Source of the DNA: a virus
Taxonomy: Duplodnaviria; Caudoviricetes
Direction: 5' to 3' (one strand)
DNA: 43,034 bases
Virus record (IMG/VR): IMGVR_UViG_3300034025_000032
Location: 1-43,034 of that record
A program made the translations under genes and the position numbers. Positions 17,960 through 28,344 of this stretch are shown piece after piece. Numbering within the stretch: position 1 is the first letter of the stretch; the number at the start of each line of letters is the position of its first letter. The notes under the pieces were generated by a model. That model was not told where the DNA came from, did not search any database, and was given only the letters and a program-made list of their open reading frames with translations.

Positions 17960-18244
17960 ATGGACGGCTTTGGATGGATGATGCTTTTGGTGATTGGGCT
18001 TCCTGTTCTGTTTGCATTCGCGGCAGCGATGCAAAGCCAGGGTTTGCAATCGAAATTTGCGAACCTTGGCGTTTTAAAGGGCAGAACGAAAGCTGAGATT
18101 GTGGCCGCGGTGGGCGAGCCGAACAGTGTTTCGGCGTTAGCACATGGGCAGCAGATACTTCAATGGACGATTCCTGGGTATCACATAGCGCTAATTTTTA
18201 CAGAAGATATTTGTGACGGCGTCTCTCACGAACATGCCGCATAG
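17960..18244 (+). CDS. Small membrane-anchored moron protein (possible superinfection exclusion)
   Basis: N-terminal TM helix; GRTKAEIVAAVGEPNS (SmpA/BLIP-like pattern); AT-rich upstream region and its own terminator. Confidence 0.6.
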   Translation: MDGFGWMMLLVIGLPVLFAFAAAMQSQGLQSKFANLGVLKGRTKAEIVAAVGEPNSVSALAHGQQILQWTIPGYHIALIFTEDICDGVSHEHAA

Positions 18245-18276
18245 AGTTACACGTCAGTTATCTGGCGAAAACACAC

Positions 18277-18300
18277 AAGCCACCTTAGGGTGGCTTTTTT
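18277..18300 (+). terminator. Rho-independent terminator
   Basis: AAGCCACC-ttag-GGTGGCTT followed by TTTT. Confidence 0.85.
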
Positions 18301-18313
18301 AATGGGCGGCGCA

Positions 18314-21300
18314 ATGATAATTGGTGACATGGAAATCCGGCTTCGTGCTGACATCGCGAGGCTGCAGCGTGATATGGACAGCGCGCGCCGGGTCGTGAGC
18401 GATGCCTCCACAAATATCAGTCGTGCGGCCGATCGCGCAAAAGCTGCGCTGGCAGGCATTGCCGCTGGCATCGGTATCTCGCAAATCGTCCAGATGTCGG
18501 ACGCGTATGCGAAGTTCACCGCCCAACTGAAGCTGGCGTCCTTGTCGGCCCGAGAGTATGCGGCCGCCTATGTAGACGTGAAGCGTATTTCTACCCAGTC
18601 CACGCAGGGCCTGCAGGAGACTGCCGTCTTGTACGCACGAATCGCCAACGGCACGCGCGAGCTGGGCACTACGCAAAAACAGGTGGCGGCAATCACCGAA
18701 ACCGTCAACCTTTCCCTGCTTGTTTCTGGCGCCAGTGCCTCCGAGGCCGCGTCCGCCCAGCTGCAGTTGTCACAAGCATTCGCTTCCGGCACTCTTCGAG
18801 GCGAGGAATTCAACGCGGTGAACGAGGCCGCGCCCCGTCTGATGCTGGCTCTTGCGGATGGCATTGGTGTTCCAGTGGGCGCGCTCAAGAAAATGGCAGA
18901 GGAGGGCGCAATCACCTCGCAGATCATGGCTGACGTTCTGCCGAATGCCTTGGCAAAACTGCGCCAGGAGGGTAAGGAGGTGCAAACCATATCGGGCGCC
19001 TTTACCGTTCTGAAAAATAACATGATGGAGTTTGTCGGTGTTCAATCGAATGCCAGCGGTGCAGTCTCCGCCATGACCGGGGCGATTGGGTTCCTCGCAA
19101 ACAATTTGACCTTGCTGGCCGGCGCCGTGGCCACGGTTACCGTCGCAAAACTCGCAACTTGGCTAAGCGGAATGGTAACGAGCTCGATCGCGGCCGCCGC
19201 TGCCAATCGAGCGCTTGCTGCTTCAACGCTTGCCAATGCCGTCGCCACCACCGGGGCGGCCGCGACGATCGCGAGTGCTAAGCTTGCCGAGGCCCAGGCC
19301 AACGTGCGGGCTACAGCTGCATCTGCCGCTCTGGCGGCGGCTCGCGTGACTGAGCTGCGTACTGCGGTCCTGGCTGCCAGCGGCACGACACAATTGGCTC
19401 TGGTGCAGAACGGCCTGATCCCGGCCCAAGCCCGGGCCGCGGCCCTCGCGCAGGCTAACGCCACCGCGCTGGCCGCTCAAGCTGTCGCTGCGGCTGGCGC
19501 GACCACCGCCGCAGTCGCATCGACGGCCGCTTTGAGCGCACAGGCGGCAGCGTCTACCTTAGCGGCGCGCGCAATGGGCGTTCTGAATGGCGTGATGGCC
19601 TTCTTTGGCGGCCCTATTGGCATGATCATCACGCTGCTGGGCGCCGCGGCGACTGCCTGGATGGTGTACGGAAACAAGGCCAAGGAGTCGAACGAGAAGG
19701 CAGTCACTGCGTTAGACGAAAGTACCACCGAGATGATCCTCCGGCTCGACAAGCAAATCGAGAAGCTAAAAGAGCGCAACCGGCTGCAGGATACAGAGCC
19801 TCGTATCAAAGGGCTTAACGATTTAAGTGATGCGGACCGAGACGGGCTGGCACGAGCGAAGGCCAAGCTGGATGAGATCCGCTCCAAGCCACTAACGGGG
19901 CTCAACGGGCTTGCCGAGATTGAAGCGTTGCATCTATACGAAACCGCGCTGAAGCGCGTCGGAGAAGTCCAAGCGGAGGTGACTGCGGCCGCGACCCGCG
20001 GACGTGACGGCAAGCTCAAGGAATGGTTCGCTCAGAACGGCAGTGCTGCACAGCGCATGGCTGCCGAATTAGCGGAATTGAAAAAGCAATTCGGCGAGAT
20101 TCCGCCGGAGATGGAAAAAATTATTCGAGCCAGATATGCGGAAAAGGCGATCAGACCCGTCGTCAAAGCGCTGCGCGAGGAGACCGACGCATATAAAGAA
20201 GCAATGCGTGCAGCTCAGGAGAAAGCGGACCTACGCAATAAAGAATACGAGGAAATCGACGCCTACATGAAGGCGCAGCAAGATGGCTTTGACGCAGCTG
20301 TGAAGGGGTCTCGCGATGCGTTGCAAGCAGCCAAGGACGAATATGCGCAATATGGTTTATCGAAGAGCCAAATTGCTGAGATCACGCTACTGAAACTGGA
20401 ATCGGCCAAAGCGTCCTTCGTGGAAGGGAGCGCAGGCTATGTGGCGTCTCAAAAGCAGATCGACGCTCAACGAGAGTTGATCGGAGTTCTGCAGTCTGGA
20501 GAGGCTCGTGATGCAAACGCCAAGGTTGTGGAAGAGACGCGCCGCGCCCAGGTATCTATGTGGGAATCGATCGACAAGACCGCGCACGACACCTTCGTGA
20601 GCATCTTCGACAGCGGTAAGTCCGCATTCGACCGGCTAAAAGACACGCTGAAGAATGGCCTGCTGGACATGCTGTATCAGATGACCATCAAGAAGTGGAT
20701 TTTTAACATCGAGGCGGCTGTGACGGGAAGCGGCGCATCTGCACCTGGGGCTGCCGATGGTGGAGTTTCAGGCACGATTGCCAGCGCAAAGAAAGCGTAT
20801 GAGGCCATCACCAGTGGCTTTAGCTCTATCTCGACATCGGTTGCAAAGGGAGTCCAGAGCGCGCTGACCAGCTCGGGCGTAAGCACCGGAACGGCTTCGT
20901 CGATCGGTAGCTACGCAGGCACGGCGGCGGGATATGCCGGTGGTGCGGCTGTCGGCGTGTACGGTGGCCGCGCAATCTCGAATGGGTACGCGATCAGCGG
21001 CTCGGGCAACGGCCTGGTCAACGCCGGGACCGCAGTCGGCGCCATTGTTGGCGGCCCGATCGGCGCTGCCATTGGAGGGCTGATTGCGGGCGCGGCCAAT
21101 CGGCTGTTCGGCCGCAAAGCGAAGGAAGTTACCAGTTCCACGCTCACGGGTTCCTTTGGCGCCAGCGGCTTCTCGGGCACGACCAATGACAGTTGGATTC
21201 AAAAGGGCGGCGTGTTCCGGAGCGACAAGCGAGGCACCGACCGCACCGCAGTGGCGACGCCGGAAGCGAAGGCGATGGCTGACGCCTATGCCTACCTGCG

Positions 21301-22723
21301 CACGGCGTCCGCCGATTTCGCAACGGCTTTGGGCGTCAACGCCGACGCGGTGAAAACCCGCACGCAGTCGATGAGCATTGCGTTGACGAAGGATCAGGCC
21401 GCCAACGAAAAAGCGATCGCGGAATTTTTCGCTAACGTAGCAAACAACATTGCCACCGAGCTGGTGCCGAGCATTTCGAGTTTCTCAAAGGCGGGCGAGA
21501 GCGCGAGCGCGACGCTTGAGCGAATCGCTGGCAACTCTGCCTTTGTCGATGTGGCGCTTAAGGCCATGGATAAAACGTTTGGCGCGGTCGGCGTGGGCTC
21601 AATTGCCGCGCGCGAGCGGCTGATCGACCTGGTTGGCGGCATTGAGGCGCTGGGCCAGGGGACGGCGTTCTTTGCACAAAACTTCCTTACCGAAGCCGAG
21701 CGCCTGGCACCAGTAGCAGCTGATCTCAAGCGCACACTGGCGGACATGGGACTTGCTTTCGTAGATTCTCGTGAGGAATTCAAGGCTGTGGTGATGAGTC
21801 TTGACCCATCGAAGGCTGGCGACGCCGAGAAGCTGGCGGGCCTGTTCAAGGTACAGCAGGCCTTTGCGGCCATATACCCAGCTGCGGAAGCCGCCGCAAG
21901 CGGGATGGAAGAACGCGCGGACCTGCAGCGGCAGTTGGATGAGCTGATGCTGACGTCGTCCCAGCGGCTGGCGAAGCAGCGCGCGGCGCTGAGTGAAAGC
22001 AACCGCGGTCTGTTCGATCAAGTGCAGGCCCTGACCGCCGCCAAGGCCGCGCAGGACGCCGCGCGCGCAAGCTTGGGCGATATGATCGGCCGCCTTCGCA
22101 CGTTCGGCGATTCCGCCCGCGCGCTGAAGGATAGCCTGCTGGTCGGTAGCCTCTCGACGCTCACCCCGGAGCAGCAGTACGCCGAGACGCGGCGCCAGTA
22201 CGAAGCGACTCTGGCCGCAGCCAAGGCTGGTGACGCCACGGCGCAAAGCAATTTCGCGTCCATGGCAAATGCCTTCTTGAGCGCATCGCAGCGGATCAAT
22301 GGCGGCGATTCTATGTACTCAGCCGACTTCGCCAACGTTTTGCGCACCTCCGATGAGATGTCGAAGTGGTCCGCGCGCGAGATCGATGTAGCGCAAGCCA
22401 GCCTGAATGCGCAGGAGGCTCAGCTGGCCGCCCTCATGCAGCTGAATACCACCGTGGCTCAGAACATCGGCGCCGGCGCGCTGGTGGGTACGGTCGACCG
22501 CGAACTGGCATACGGCCGCATGGGCACGGCAGACATGGCACCGCTGACCGCCGAGATCAAAGCCTTGCGCGCGGAGGTGGTGGGGCTGCGCGCGGACCAG
22601 TCAAAGCAGACGGGCGACCTGATCGGCAGTAGCGAAGAAATCCAGCGCCGCAGCAGCGATGCCATCGTGCAGGCTGTGCAGCCGCGTTTCAACCCAAAGA
22701 AATATGAGGCCGAGCTCGAATGA
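18314..22723 (+). CDS. Tail tape measure protein
   Basis: About 1470 aa, Ala-rich helical; QLSQAFASGTLRGEEFNAVNE tape-measure motif; start at 18314 or 18302. Confidence 0.95.
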   Translation: MIIGDMEIRLRADIARLQRDMDSARRVVSDASTNISRAADRAKAALAGIAAGIGISQIVQMSDAYAKFTAQLKLASLSAREYAAAYVDVKRISTQSTQGLQETAVLYARIANGTRELGTTQKQVAAITETVNLSLLVSGASASEAASAQLQLSQAFASGTLRGEEFNAVNEAAPRLMLALADGIGVPVGALKKMAEEGAITSQIMADVLPNALAKLRQEGKEVQTISGAFTVLKNNMMEFVGVQSNASGAVSAMTGAIGFLANNLTLLAGAVATVTVAKLATWLSGMVTSSIAAAAANRALAASTLANAVATTGAAATIASAKLAEAQANVRATAASAALAAARVTELRTAVLAASGTTQLALVQNGLIPAQARAAALAQANATALAAQAVAAAGATTAAVASTAALSAQAAASTLAARAMGVLNGVMAFFGGPIGMIITLLGAAATAWMVYGNKAKESNEKAVTALDESTTEMILRLDKQIEKLKERNRLQDTEPRIKGLNDLSDADRDGLARAKAKLDEIRSKPLTGLNGLAEIEALHLYETALKRVGEVQAEVTAAATRGRDGKLKEWFAQNGSAAQRMAAELAELKKQFGEIPPEMEKIIRARYAEKAIRPVVKALREETDAYKEAMRAAQEKADLRNKEYEEIDAYMKAQQDGFDAAVKGSRDALQAAKDEYAQYGLSKSQIAEITLLKLESAKASFVEGSAGYVASQKQIDAQRELIGVLQSGEARDANAKVVEETRRAQVSMWESIDKTAHDTFVSIFDSGKSAFDRLKDTLKNGLLDMLYQMTIKKWIFNIEAAVTGSGASAPGAADGGVSGTIASAKKAYEAITSGFSSISTSVAKGVQSALTSSGVSTGTASSIGSYAGTAAGYAGGAAVGVYGGRAISNGYAISGSGNGLVNAGTAVGAIVGGPIGAAIGGLIAGAANRLFGRKAKEVTSSTLTGSFGASGFSGTTNDSWIQKGGVFRSDKRGTDRTAVATPEAKAMADAYAYLRTASADFATALGVNADAVKTRTQSMSIALTKDQAANEKAIAEFFANVANNIATELVPSISSFSKAGESASATLERIAGNSAFVDVALKAMDKTFGAVGVGSIAARERLIDLVGGIEALGQGTAFFAQNFLTEAERLAPVAADLKRTLADMGLAFVDSREEFKAVVMSLDPSKAGDAEKLAGLFKVQQAFAAIYPAAEAAASGMEERADLQRQLDELMLTSSQRLAKQRAALSESNRGLFDQVQALTAAKAAQDAARASLGDMIGRLRTFGDSARALKDSLLVGSLSTLTPEQQYAETRRQYEATLAAAKAGDATAQSNFASMANAFLSASQRINGGDSMYSADFANVLRTSDEMSKWSAREIDVAQASLNAQEAQLAALMQLNTTVAQNIGAGALVGTVDRELAYGRMGTADMAPLTAEIKALRAEVVGLRADQSKQTGDLIGSSEEIQRRSSDAIVQAVQPRFNPKKYEAELE

Positions 22724-24165
22724 TCACTGATGCAATGTTCGAAGCATGGCTCAAGGACTCGACCGCCCAGCGCGTGACGCTTTACGAAGCTGATGCGCTG
22801 AGCGGCGAGGACGAGGTAACGCGCCGCATTTCAAACCGTGCATATGTCGGCGACCCGGCGGCCCCGTATGTGCACGCGGTGTCGAAAGACGTTGTCGTGG
22901 TCGATGCGATCACGCGCGATGGTGGCGCACGGCTGTCCACAGACCAAATAGGCATTTGGAACGTCAACGGTGAACGCGATTCGTGGCTCGATGATGTATG
23001 GACGGGCCGAGAAGTGCGCGCGTTCGTGGGCGACATCCGCTGGCCAGTCTCTGACTTTCGTCTTAAGTATGTCGGCGTGATGAAAGGGGTGCGCGGCACC
23101 GACGACGGCACGCAGATCCTGATCGACTTGCACGACATCACCGAGCGCGTCAACGCTCCTGTGTCGGAACTGACTATGGCTGACGGCTCGCCATGGCCCC
23201 ACACATTTGGCGAAGTGCCCAACATCACGCCAAAGCTGAAAAATGCCGCCACGGGCGAATACACGTTTCACCCGGCTCAGGTCGAGGACGTGATCGAGGC
23301 GCGCGTGGACGCGAAGCCGCGCACGACCATCACTAAGCACCTCGCCACCGGGAGCTTCACGTTCCAGACCGCGGTCGGCGCCGGCACGCCCACGGCTGAT
23401 GTCCAGGGCGACAAGACGGGTGGGATCTACCGCAAGACGATCGCCGCGCTGGTGCGCTTGCTGGTCACCGGCTACGGCAAGGAAAGCGAGCGATTCACGG
23501 ATGCCGAGATCGACGGCGCCAGCTTCGACGCCTTTGAAGCCGCGCATCCGCAAGCTGTGGGCCTGCACCTGGATGAGCGAACCAATGTGATCGAGGCTTG
23601 CCACCGCCTGACGAAGTCCGTGCAGGCCTACCTGGTGCCCTCGCGTGTCGGGAAGCTGCGCCTGGTGCAGTACGGCATCCCGGCGGCGGCAACCGCTTCC
23701 ATCACGCCGTCGCAATACGTATCGCTCAAGCGCGGAGACCCGCATCCGGTCGTAGCTGCCGTGAAGATCGCCTACTGCCGCAATTACACGCAGCAGACCA
23801 ACCTGCAAACGTCAATTCCTCTGGCGCACAAAGAAATGTTCTCAAAGGAGTGGCGCACGGTTACCGCCGTGGACCTTGCGACGCGCGACCGCTACAAGCT
23901 GAGCACGGACCCGGTGCAGATCGAAACCTGCCTGCTCAATGCCGAGGATGCAGAGATCGAGGCCGAACGCCGCCTGACGCAAGACAAGGTGCCGCGCGTG
24001 CCGTACATGATCGAGGGCGAGCCGGTGACGATGCTGCTCCAGCTGGGGCAGGGCGTCACGGTGTACGGCGACCGCTACGGGATGGCCGCGGGCAAGCTCG
24101 GGCAAATCACGCTCACGTCTCTGGACCTGGGCACCTATCGCACGCTGATTGAGGTAACGGTATAG
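22720..24165 (+). CDS. Tail tip/hub protein
   Basis: Follows the TMP with an ATGA overlap; PHTFGEVPNITP motif of tail-tip proteins. Confidence 0.7.
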   Translation: MITDAMFEAWLKDSTAQRVTLYEADALSGEDEVTRRISNRAYVGDPAAPYVHAVSKDVVVVDAITRDGGARLSTDQIGIWNVNGERDSWLDDVWTGREVRAFVGDIRWPVSDFRLKYVGVMKGVRGTDDGTQILIDLHDITERVNAPVSELTMADGSPWPHTFGEVPNITPKLKNAATGEYTFHPAQVEDVIEARVDAKPRTTITKHLATGSFTFQTAVGAGTPTADVQGDKTGGIYRKTIAALVRLLVTGYGKESERFTDAEIDGASFDAFEAAHPQAVGLHLDERTNVIEACHRLTKSVQAYLVPSRVGKLRLVQYGIPAAATASITPSQYVSLKRGDPHPVVAAVKIAYCRNYTQQTNLQTSIPLAHKEMFSKEWRTVTAVDLATRDRYKLSTDPVQIETCLLNAEDAEIEAERRLTQDKVPRVPYMIEGEPVTMLLQLGQGVTVYGDRYGMAAGKLGQITLTSLDLGTYRTLIEVTV

Positions 24166-24167
24166 CC

Positions 24168-27100
24168 ATGGCAGCAGTTCAAAACGAAATCAGCCGCCTC
24201 CTTTTGGCGGCGCCGAGCCGGTATTCCAACCCGCCGAATGCCGCTGTTCTTTTGGCGGCCAGCGCACCGCTGTTCCACGTTACCGCCGGTGGCTCGCACG
24301 ATCCTGCAGCGATCACTTTTACCGCCACGCTTATCGAGCTGGGCGGAACGGTGCAGTTCAACATCACAGGCGGCGTGCTTACTGTTGCTGGCAACGTGGC
24401 GACGCTGACGTTTGAAAATATGTCAGGCAGCACTGCCGTCGTCACGGCGTTTATCACGGAGAACGGTCAAACCTACACGTCTAACCCGGCATCAGTCACA
24501 AAGGTGTCGGATGGCGCCGACGGGTCGGCCACTACCACTTACACCTGGATCAAGTATGGAGATTCGGCGGCCGGCGCCGGGATCACAGATGACCCTACCG
24601 GCAAGGCATATATCGGCGTAGCCGCAAACAAAACTACGCCCACGAAATCCACAAACCCGGCCGATTATGTATGGTCGCTGATTAAGGGCGATGCAGGCAC
24701 GCGGGGAGCTGGGCACTTCTACGCGGACGGCAGCGCATGGGGTGATGCCGCCGCTAATGCAGCTACCCCTGGGAATAATGTTGTCGATGACGTCGTAACG
24801 ATCTTCAATGGCACTGGCTTTGCTGAAACGCGAAAATGGAACGGGACCAATTGGCTTACCCTGGCTCAGACCGTTGACGCCACCCTTATATCTGATCTTT
24901 CCTTGAATGCGGCTAAATTTGCGGCGGGCATTCAGCCGATCACGATGGTGTCCGCAGTGCCACTCACAAAGTCCACCGATACTATTTTTAACACCGCGAA
25001 TGGCAGGCTATACAGCTGGAATGGCACCGCTTACGTCAAGACGACACCAGCTGCCGATATCTCGGGCGCGCTCACGAGCGACCAGATTGCATCGCTGGCG
25101 GCAGCGAAGATCAGCGGCGTTCTCACAAGTGCTCAGATTGCGGACTTGGCAGCGACCAAAATCACGGGCACTCTCACCAACGCACAGATCGCCGATTTAT
25201 CGGCCGCCAAACTGACCGGGCAAATTACTTCGACGCAGATCACGGACAACTCGATCAGCACTCCAAAGCTTGCCGCCGGCGCGGTCGTCACGGAAAAGAT
25301 CGCGGCGGGCGCAGTGACGACGGAAAAGTTGGTTGTGGCGTCAGTGGGATCGGCCATTAATGCTGATCCGGCTTTCCAAGACGTGACGGCCTGGAGCGGA
25401 ACAATTGTGAGTGTGACAGATGGTAAGGTCGGCGTCCGCGCCGGGCGAGACAGTTTTGGTACAGGCATATTCAGCAATAAATTTTCGCCCGTGGATGTGA
25501 CAAAAGTCTACCGGATCCGCGCTCAAGTCCGTAAGTCGGCTACTGCTAACGGCGTGCTGTACCTGGGCGCGCAAATGCTCGATTCGGATGGCAATAACAT
25601 ACCGGGAAACGGCTCTTATTTCTATACCACTAACGTGGACGGTAGTGTTATCCCAACCTCTTTTACGGAGTATGTTGGCTATCTTAATGGGCCGGGCATC
25701 GCCATTGCTGCAAATAGTAGGCATATGCGGCCAATCGCGTTACTCAATTACAGGGACTCTGGTACGGGCCACTTGGGCTACATGGAAATCCAAGACTTCC
25801 GGATTGAGGAAGTCATGCCGAGTACGCTAATTCAAGATGGGGCCATCACCACAAACAAACTAATTGCAAATGCCGTCACAGCAGAAAAGATTTTGGCGAG
25901 TGCCGTTACTGCCGACAAGATTGCCGCCAATTCCATCACAGCGGCAAAGCTGGTTGCGGCGACTATCACGGCGAACGAAATAGCGGCGAATGCCATTACT
26001 GCCGATAAGATTTTAGCCAGTGCCGTAACGGCCGGAAAAATCGCGGCCAACGCTGTTACGGCGAATACGATTGCTGCCGATTCCGTTACGGCCGGAAAAA
26101 TTGCAGCAAGCGCGATCAGCGCACGGGAGCTGGCAGCCAACACAATTCTAGCGCGTCATGTTGTCGTTGCTAATAGGGATGCTGTCGATCCCGACCCCAG
26201 CTTTAACGACCCGCTTTTCTGGTTTCCGAACAGTGGTGGCGCATGGCCGTCTGGCATAACCCCACAGGCCCACGCTTCCTATCCGGCGCCTAAGGTGCTT
26301 CTGTTTGCGAATGTCTCGGGTCTAAGCGCGTCGTCCTACTCGTTCAATGTGGAGCGGAATTCTTCATATAGATTCAAGGTCACGGTTTTTAAAAACTCAG
26401 GCACCACGGGAGCATTCAATATATCGATGCACGTTCCCGGCGTCGTTTATCACCCGCTTGGATTGCCACGCACGTCTACGACTATGACCTGGGGTAACTC
26501 GATTGATTTTGCATCCATTCCTGCAGATCAGTGGAATACATATACAGGGGTCATGACGACGGGAACAATCCCAACGATGAACTTTCAAATTGAGGGTGGA
26601 ATAAGTGGCAACCTGTATTTTGCAATCGAGCTTGTGAGGGCGTCGGATGCGTCATTAATTGTTGATGGCGCTATCACTGCGGATAAGATTCAGGCAAACG
26701 CCATCACCGCAGCAAAGATTTTGGCCGGGGCTGTAACGGCAGATAAGATAACCGTGTCTAGCCTGTCGTCAATTTCTGCAAATTTTGGCACAGTCGTCAT
26801 TAACGCTGGCGGCTCCTTGTCATCAGGACAAACCGCATACAATACTGGAGTGGGATTTTGGCTGCAAGGTGGCGCAACGCCGAAGTTTAGTATGGTCACA
26901 GCAAACGGCGCTAGTTTTTTGTGCGACCCAGTTAATAACATTCTTAAGCTTACAAACGCAACGATCGATAATCCGGTTATGGCTTCGTTCAGCATAACCT
27001 TAAACCTAGGAGATATTAGTGTAACCGGCGCCAATGGCCCGAGGTTCTACGGCAGCCGTACCGCCACAGTTACTGGCGGGGTCGCTCCACTAACTTATTC

Positions 27101-27293
27101 GTGGACTTATACGCCGGAAGAAACAGACGGCCCAGTTACCTTGGGCGGCTCTTCGACCGCCACTGTTAGCGTCAACGGAGACGGATCGAATGGAGTCAAT
27201 AGTGGCGTATGTAGGCTGGTAGTTACAGACGCAAATGGAAGAACTGCTACCAAATCATTTGCCGTTACAGCACAGCATGGGACAATCGCATGA
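24168..27293 (+). CDS. Tail fibre / host-specificity protein
   Basis: YTWIKYGD..GKAYIGVAANK..DYVWSLIKG, 17-aa and 10-aa (AVTADKIAAN) fibre repeats, two globular inserts, C-terminal Ig-like TGGVAPLTYSW..VTDANG. Confidence 0.88.
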   Translation: MAAVQNEISRLLLAAPSRYSNPPNAAVLLAASAPLFHVTAGGSHDPAAITFTATLIELGGTVQFNITGGVLTVAGNVATLTFENMSGSTAVVTAFITENGQTYTSNPASVTKVSDGADGSATTTYTWIKYGDSAAGAGITDDPTGKAYIGVAANKTTPTKSTNPADYVWSLIKGDAGTRGAGHFYADGSAWGDAAANAATPGNNVVDDVVTIFNGTGFAETRKWNGTNWLTLAQTVDATLISDLSLNAAKFAAGIQPITMVSAVPLTKSTDTIFNTANGRLYSWNGTAYVKTTPAADISGALTSDQIASLAAAKISGVLTSAQIADLAATKITGTLTNAQIADLSAAKLTGQITSTQITDNSISTPKLAAGAVVTEKIAAGAVTTEKLVVASVGSAINADPAFQDVTAWSGTIVSVTDGKVGVRAGRDSFGTGIFSNKFSPVDVTKVYRIRAQVRKSATANGVLYLGAQMLDSDGNNIPGNGSYFYTTNVDGSVIPTSFTEYVGYLNGPGIAIAANSRHMRPIALLNYRDSGTGHLGYMEIQDFRIEEVMPSTLIQDGAITTNKLIANAVTAEKILASAVTADKIAANSITAAKLVAATITANEIAANAITADKILASAVTAGKIAANAVTANTIAADSVTAGKIAASAISARELAANTILARHVVVANRDAVDPDPSFNDPLFWFPNSGGAWPSGITPQAHASYPAPKVLLFANVSGLSASSYSFNVERNSSYRFKVTVFKNSGTTGAFNISMHVPGVVYHPLGLPRTSTTMTWGNSIDFASIPADQWNTYTGVMTTGTIPTMNFQIEGGISGNLYFAIELVRASDASLIVDGAITADKIQANAITAAKILAGAVTADKITVSSLSSISANFGTVVINAGGSLSSGQTAYNTGVGFWLQGGATPKFSMVTANGASFLCDPVNNILKLTNATIDNPVMASFSITLNLGDISVTGANGPRFYGSRTATVTGGVAPLTYSWTYTPEETDGPVTLGGSSTATVSVNGDGSNGVNSGVCRLVVTDANGRTATKSFAVTAQHGTIA

Positions 27294-27856
27294 TGAAATA
27301 TTACGTGGAAGTTGATAGCGAAGGCAACGTCTGTCAGCAAATTGCACAAAGCGATGAGGACGCCCCGCCCGAGGCCAACGTCGCTGGTTGGAAAGTCTAC
27401 CCGTCGCAGCATGTTATCGATTGGACTGGCCCGACCAAGTTCCATAAATTAAAGTGGATCAATGGCGATGCACGGTGGGTTGATGGCAGGGCCCTGGAGC
27501 AATTGAAAGCACATAAGAACGCCGAAATAAACGCGGCACGTTTGGCTGCCAACCGCAGCTATTTTGTCTACTTGGGGAAGAAAGTCGCATGCGATGAGCT
27601 GTCGAGATCCGATATCGACGCCGTTAATGGAGTAGTGACGCTGCTGGGGATTGTGCCGATAGCGCAGTGGAAAACGATCGACAACACATATGTTCCAATT
27701 TCCGACAAGGCCGCTTGGATTCAGTTCTATATGGCGATGGTGCAGCAGGGCCAACAGAATTTCGACCACGCGCAGTCGTTAAAGGTGCGGCTCGAGGCAG
27801 CTGAGGACGCAGAGTCTGTTGCAGCGATCGTATGGGCAGAAGTGGAGGGCGCATGA
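27290..27856 (+). CDS. Tail fibre-associated protein (DUF4376-like)
   Basis: LEQLKAHKNAEINAAR..WKTIDNTYV..LKVRLEAA..VAAIVW. Confidence 0.75.
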   Translation: MMKYYVEVDSEGNVCQQIAQSDEDAPPEANVAGWKVYPSQHVIDWTGPTKFHKLKWINGDARWVDGRALEQLKAHKNAEINAARLAANRSYFVYLGKKVACDELSRSDIDAVNGVVTLLGIVPIAQWKTIDNTYVPISDKAAWIQFYMAMVQQGQQNFDHAQSLKVRLEAAEDAESVAAIVWAEVEGA

Positions 27857-28341
27857 AATATGAAAAGGCGCGGCACACGCTGAAATCGGGTGACCTCTTA
27901 GCCTGGAGTCATCGCGGCCTCAGGTCCTGGTATGACGCAAAAATCCAGTTTGTTCGAATGGTCACGCGCAGCGAATACAGTCATGTCGGTATCTGCTGGG
28001 TTTGCGCCGGCCGCGTGTGGGTTATTGAGGCCGTGGAGCCATGCGTTCGCATTTACCCGCTCAGCAAGCTCGGCGCCTTCTATCACACTCCTCTCGTGAT
28101 GGATTGGACGGAAGCAGTGGAGGAGGCTGCCCTGGAGCACATCGGAGTCGAGTATTTGCAACTGGATGCCGTGCGCGCCTTCTTCGACAAGTTGGAGGCC
28201 GGTAAGGTCACTGAGTGCGCCGCCCTGGTCCAGGTCGTGGCCATGAGCGGCGGCGTCTACCTCGGCAAACGTGCCACCCCAGACGCCATCATGCGTGAGG
28301 CGCAACGCCTGGGCAACCCTACCTATTTGATTGAGAACTGA
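27853..28341 (+). CDS. Permuted papain-like (YaeF/YiiX, NlpC/P60) protein
   Basis: GDLL..SEYSHVGI..VIEA, then late ECAALV (His before Cys); ATGA overlap. Confidence 0.75.
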   Translation: MKYEKARHTLKSGDLLAWSHRGLRSWYDAKIQFVRMVTRSEYSHVGICWVCAGRVWVIEAVEPCVRIYPLSKLGAFYHTPLVMDWTEAVEEAALEHIGVEYLQLDAVRAFFDKLEAGKVTECAALVQVVAMSGGVYLGKRATPDAIMREAQRLGNPTYLIEN

Positions 28342-28344
28342 CCC

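Noticed and set aside
19190-19580. Extremely Ala-rich stretch in the tape measure gene
   Set aside because: A common low-complexity helical segment of TMPs; no separate element evident.
25830-26160. 30-bp periodic repeats in the tail fibre as an invertible or hypervariable locus
   Set aside because: Degenerate at synonymous positions, so they are protein-level AVTADKIAAN repeats; no invertase nearby.
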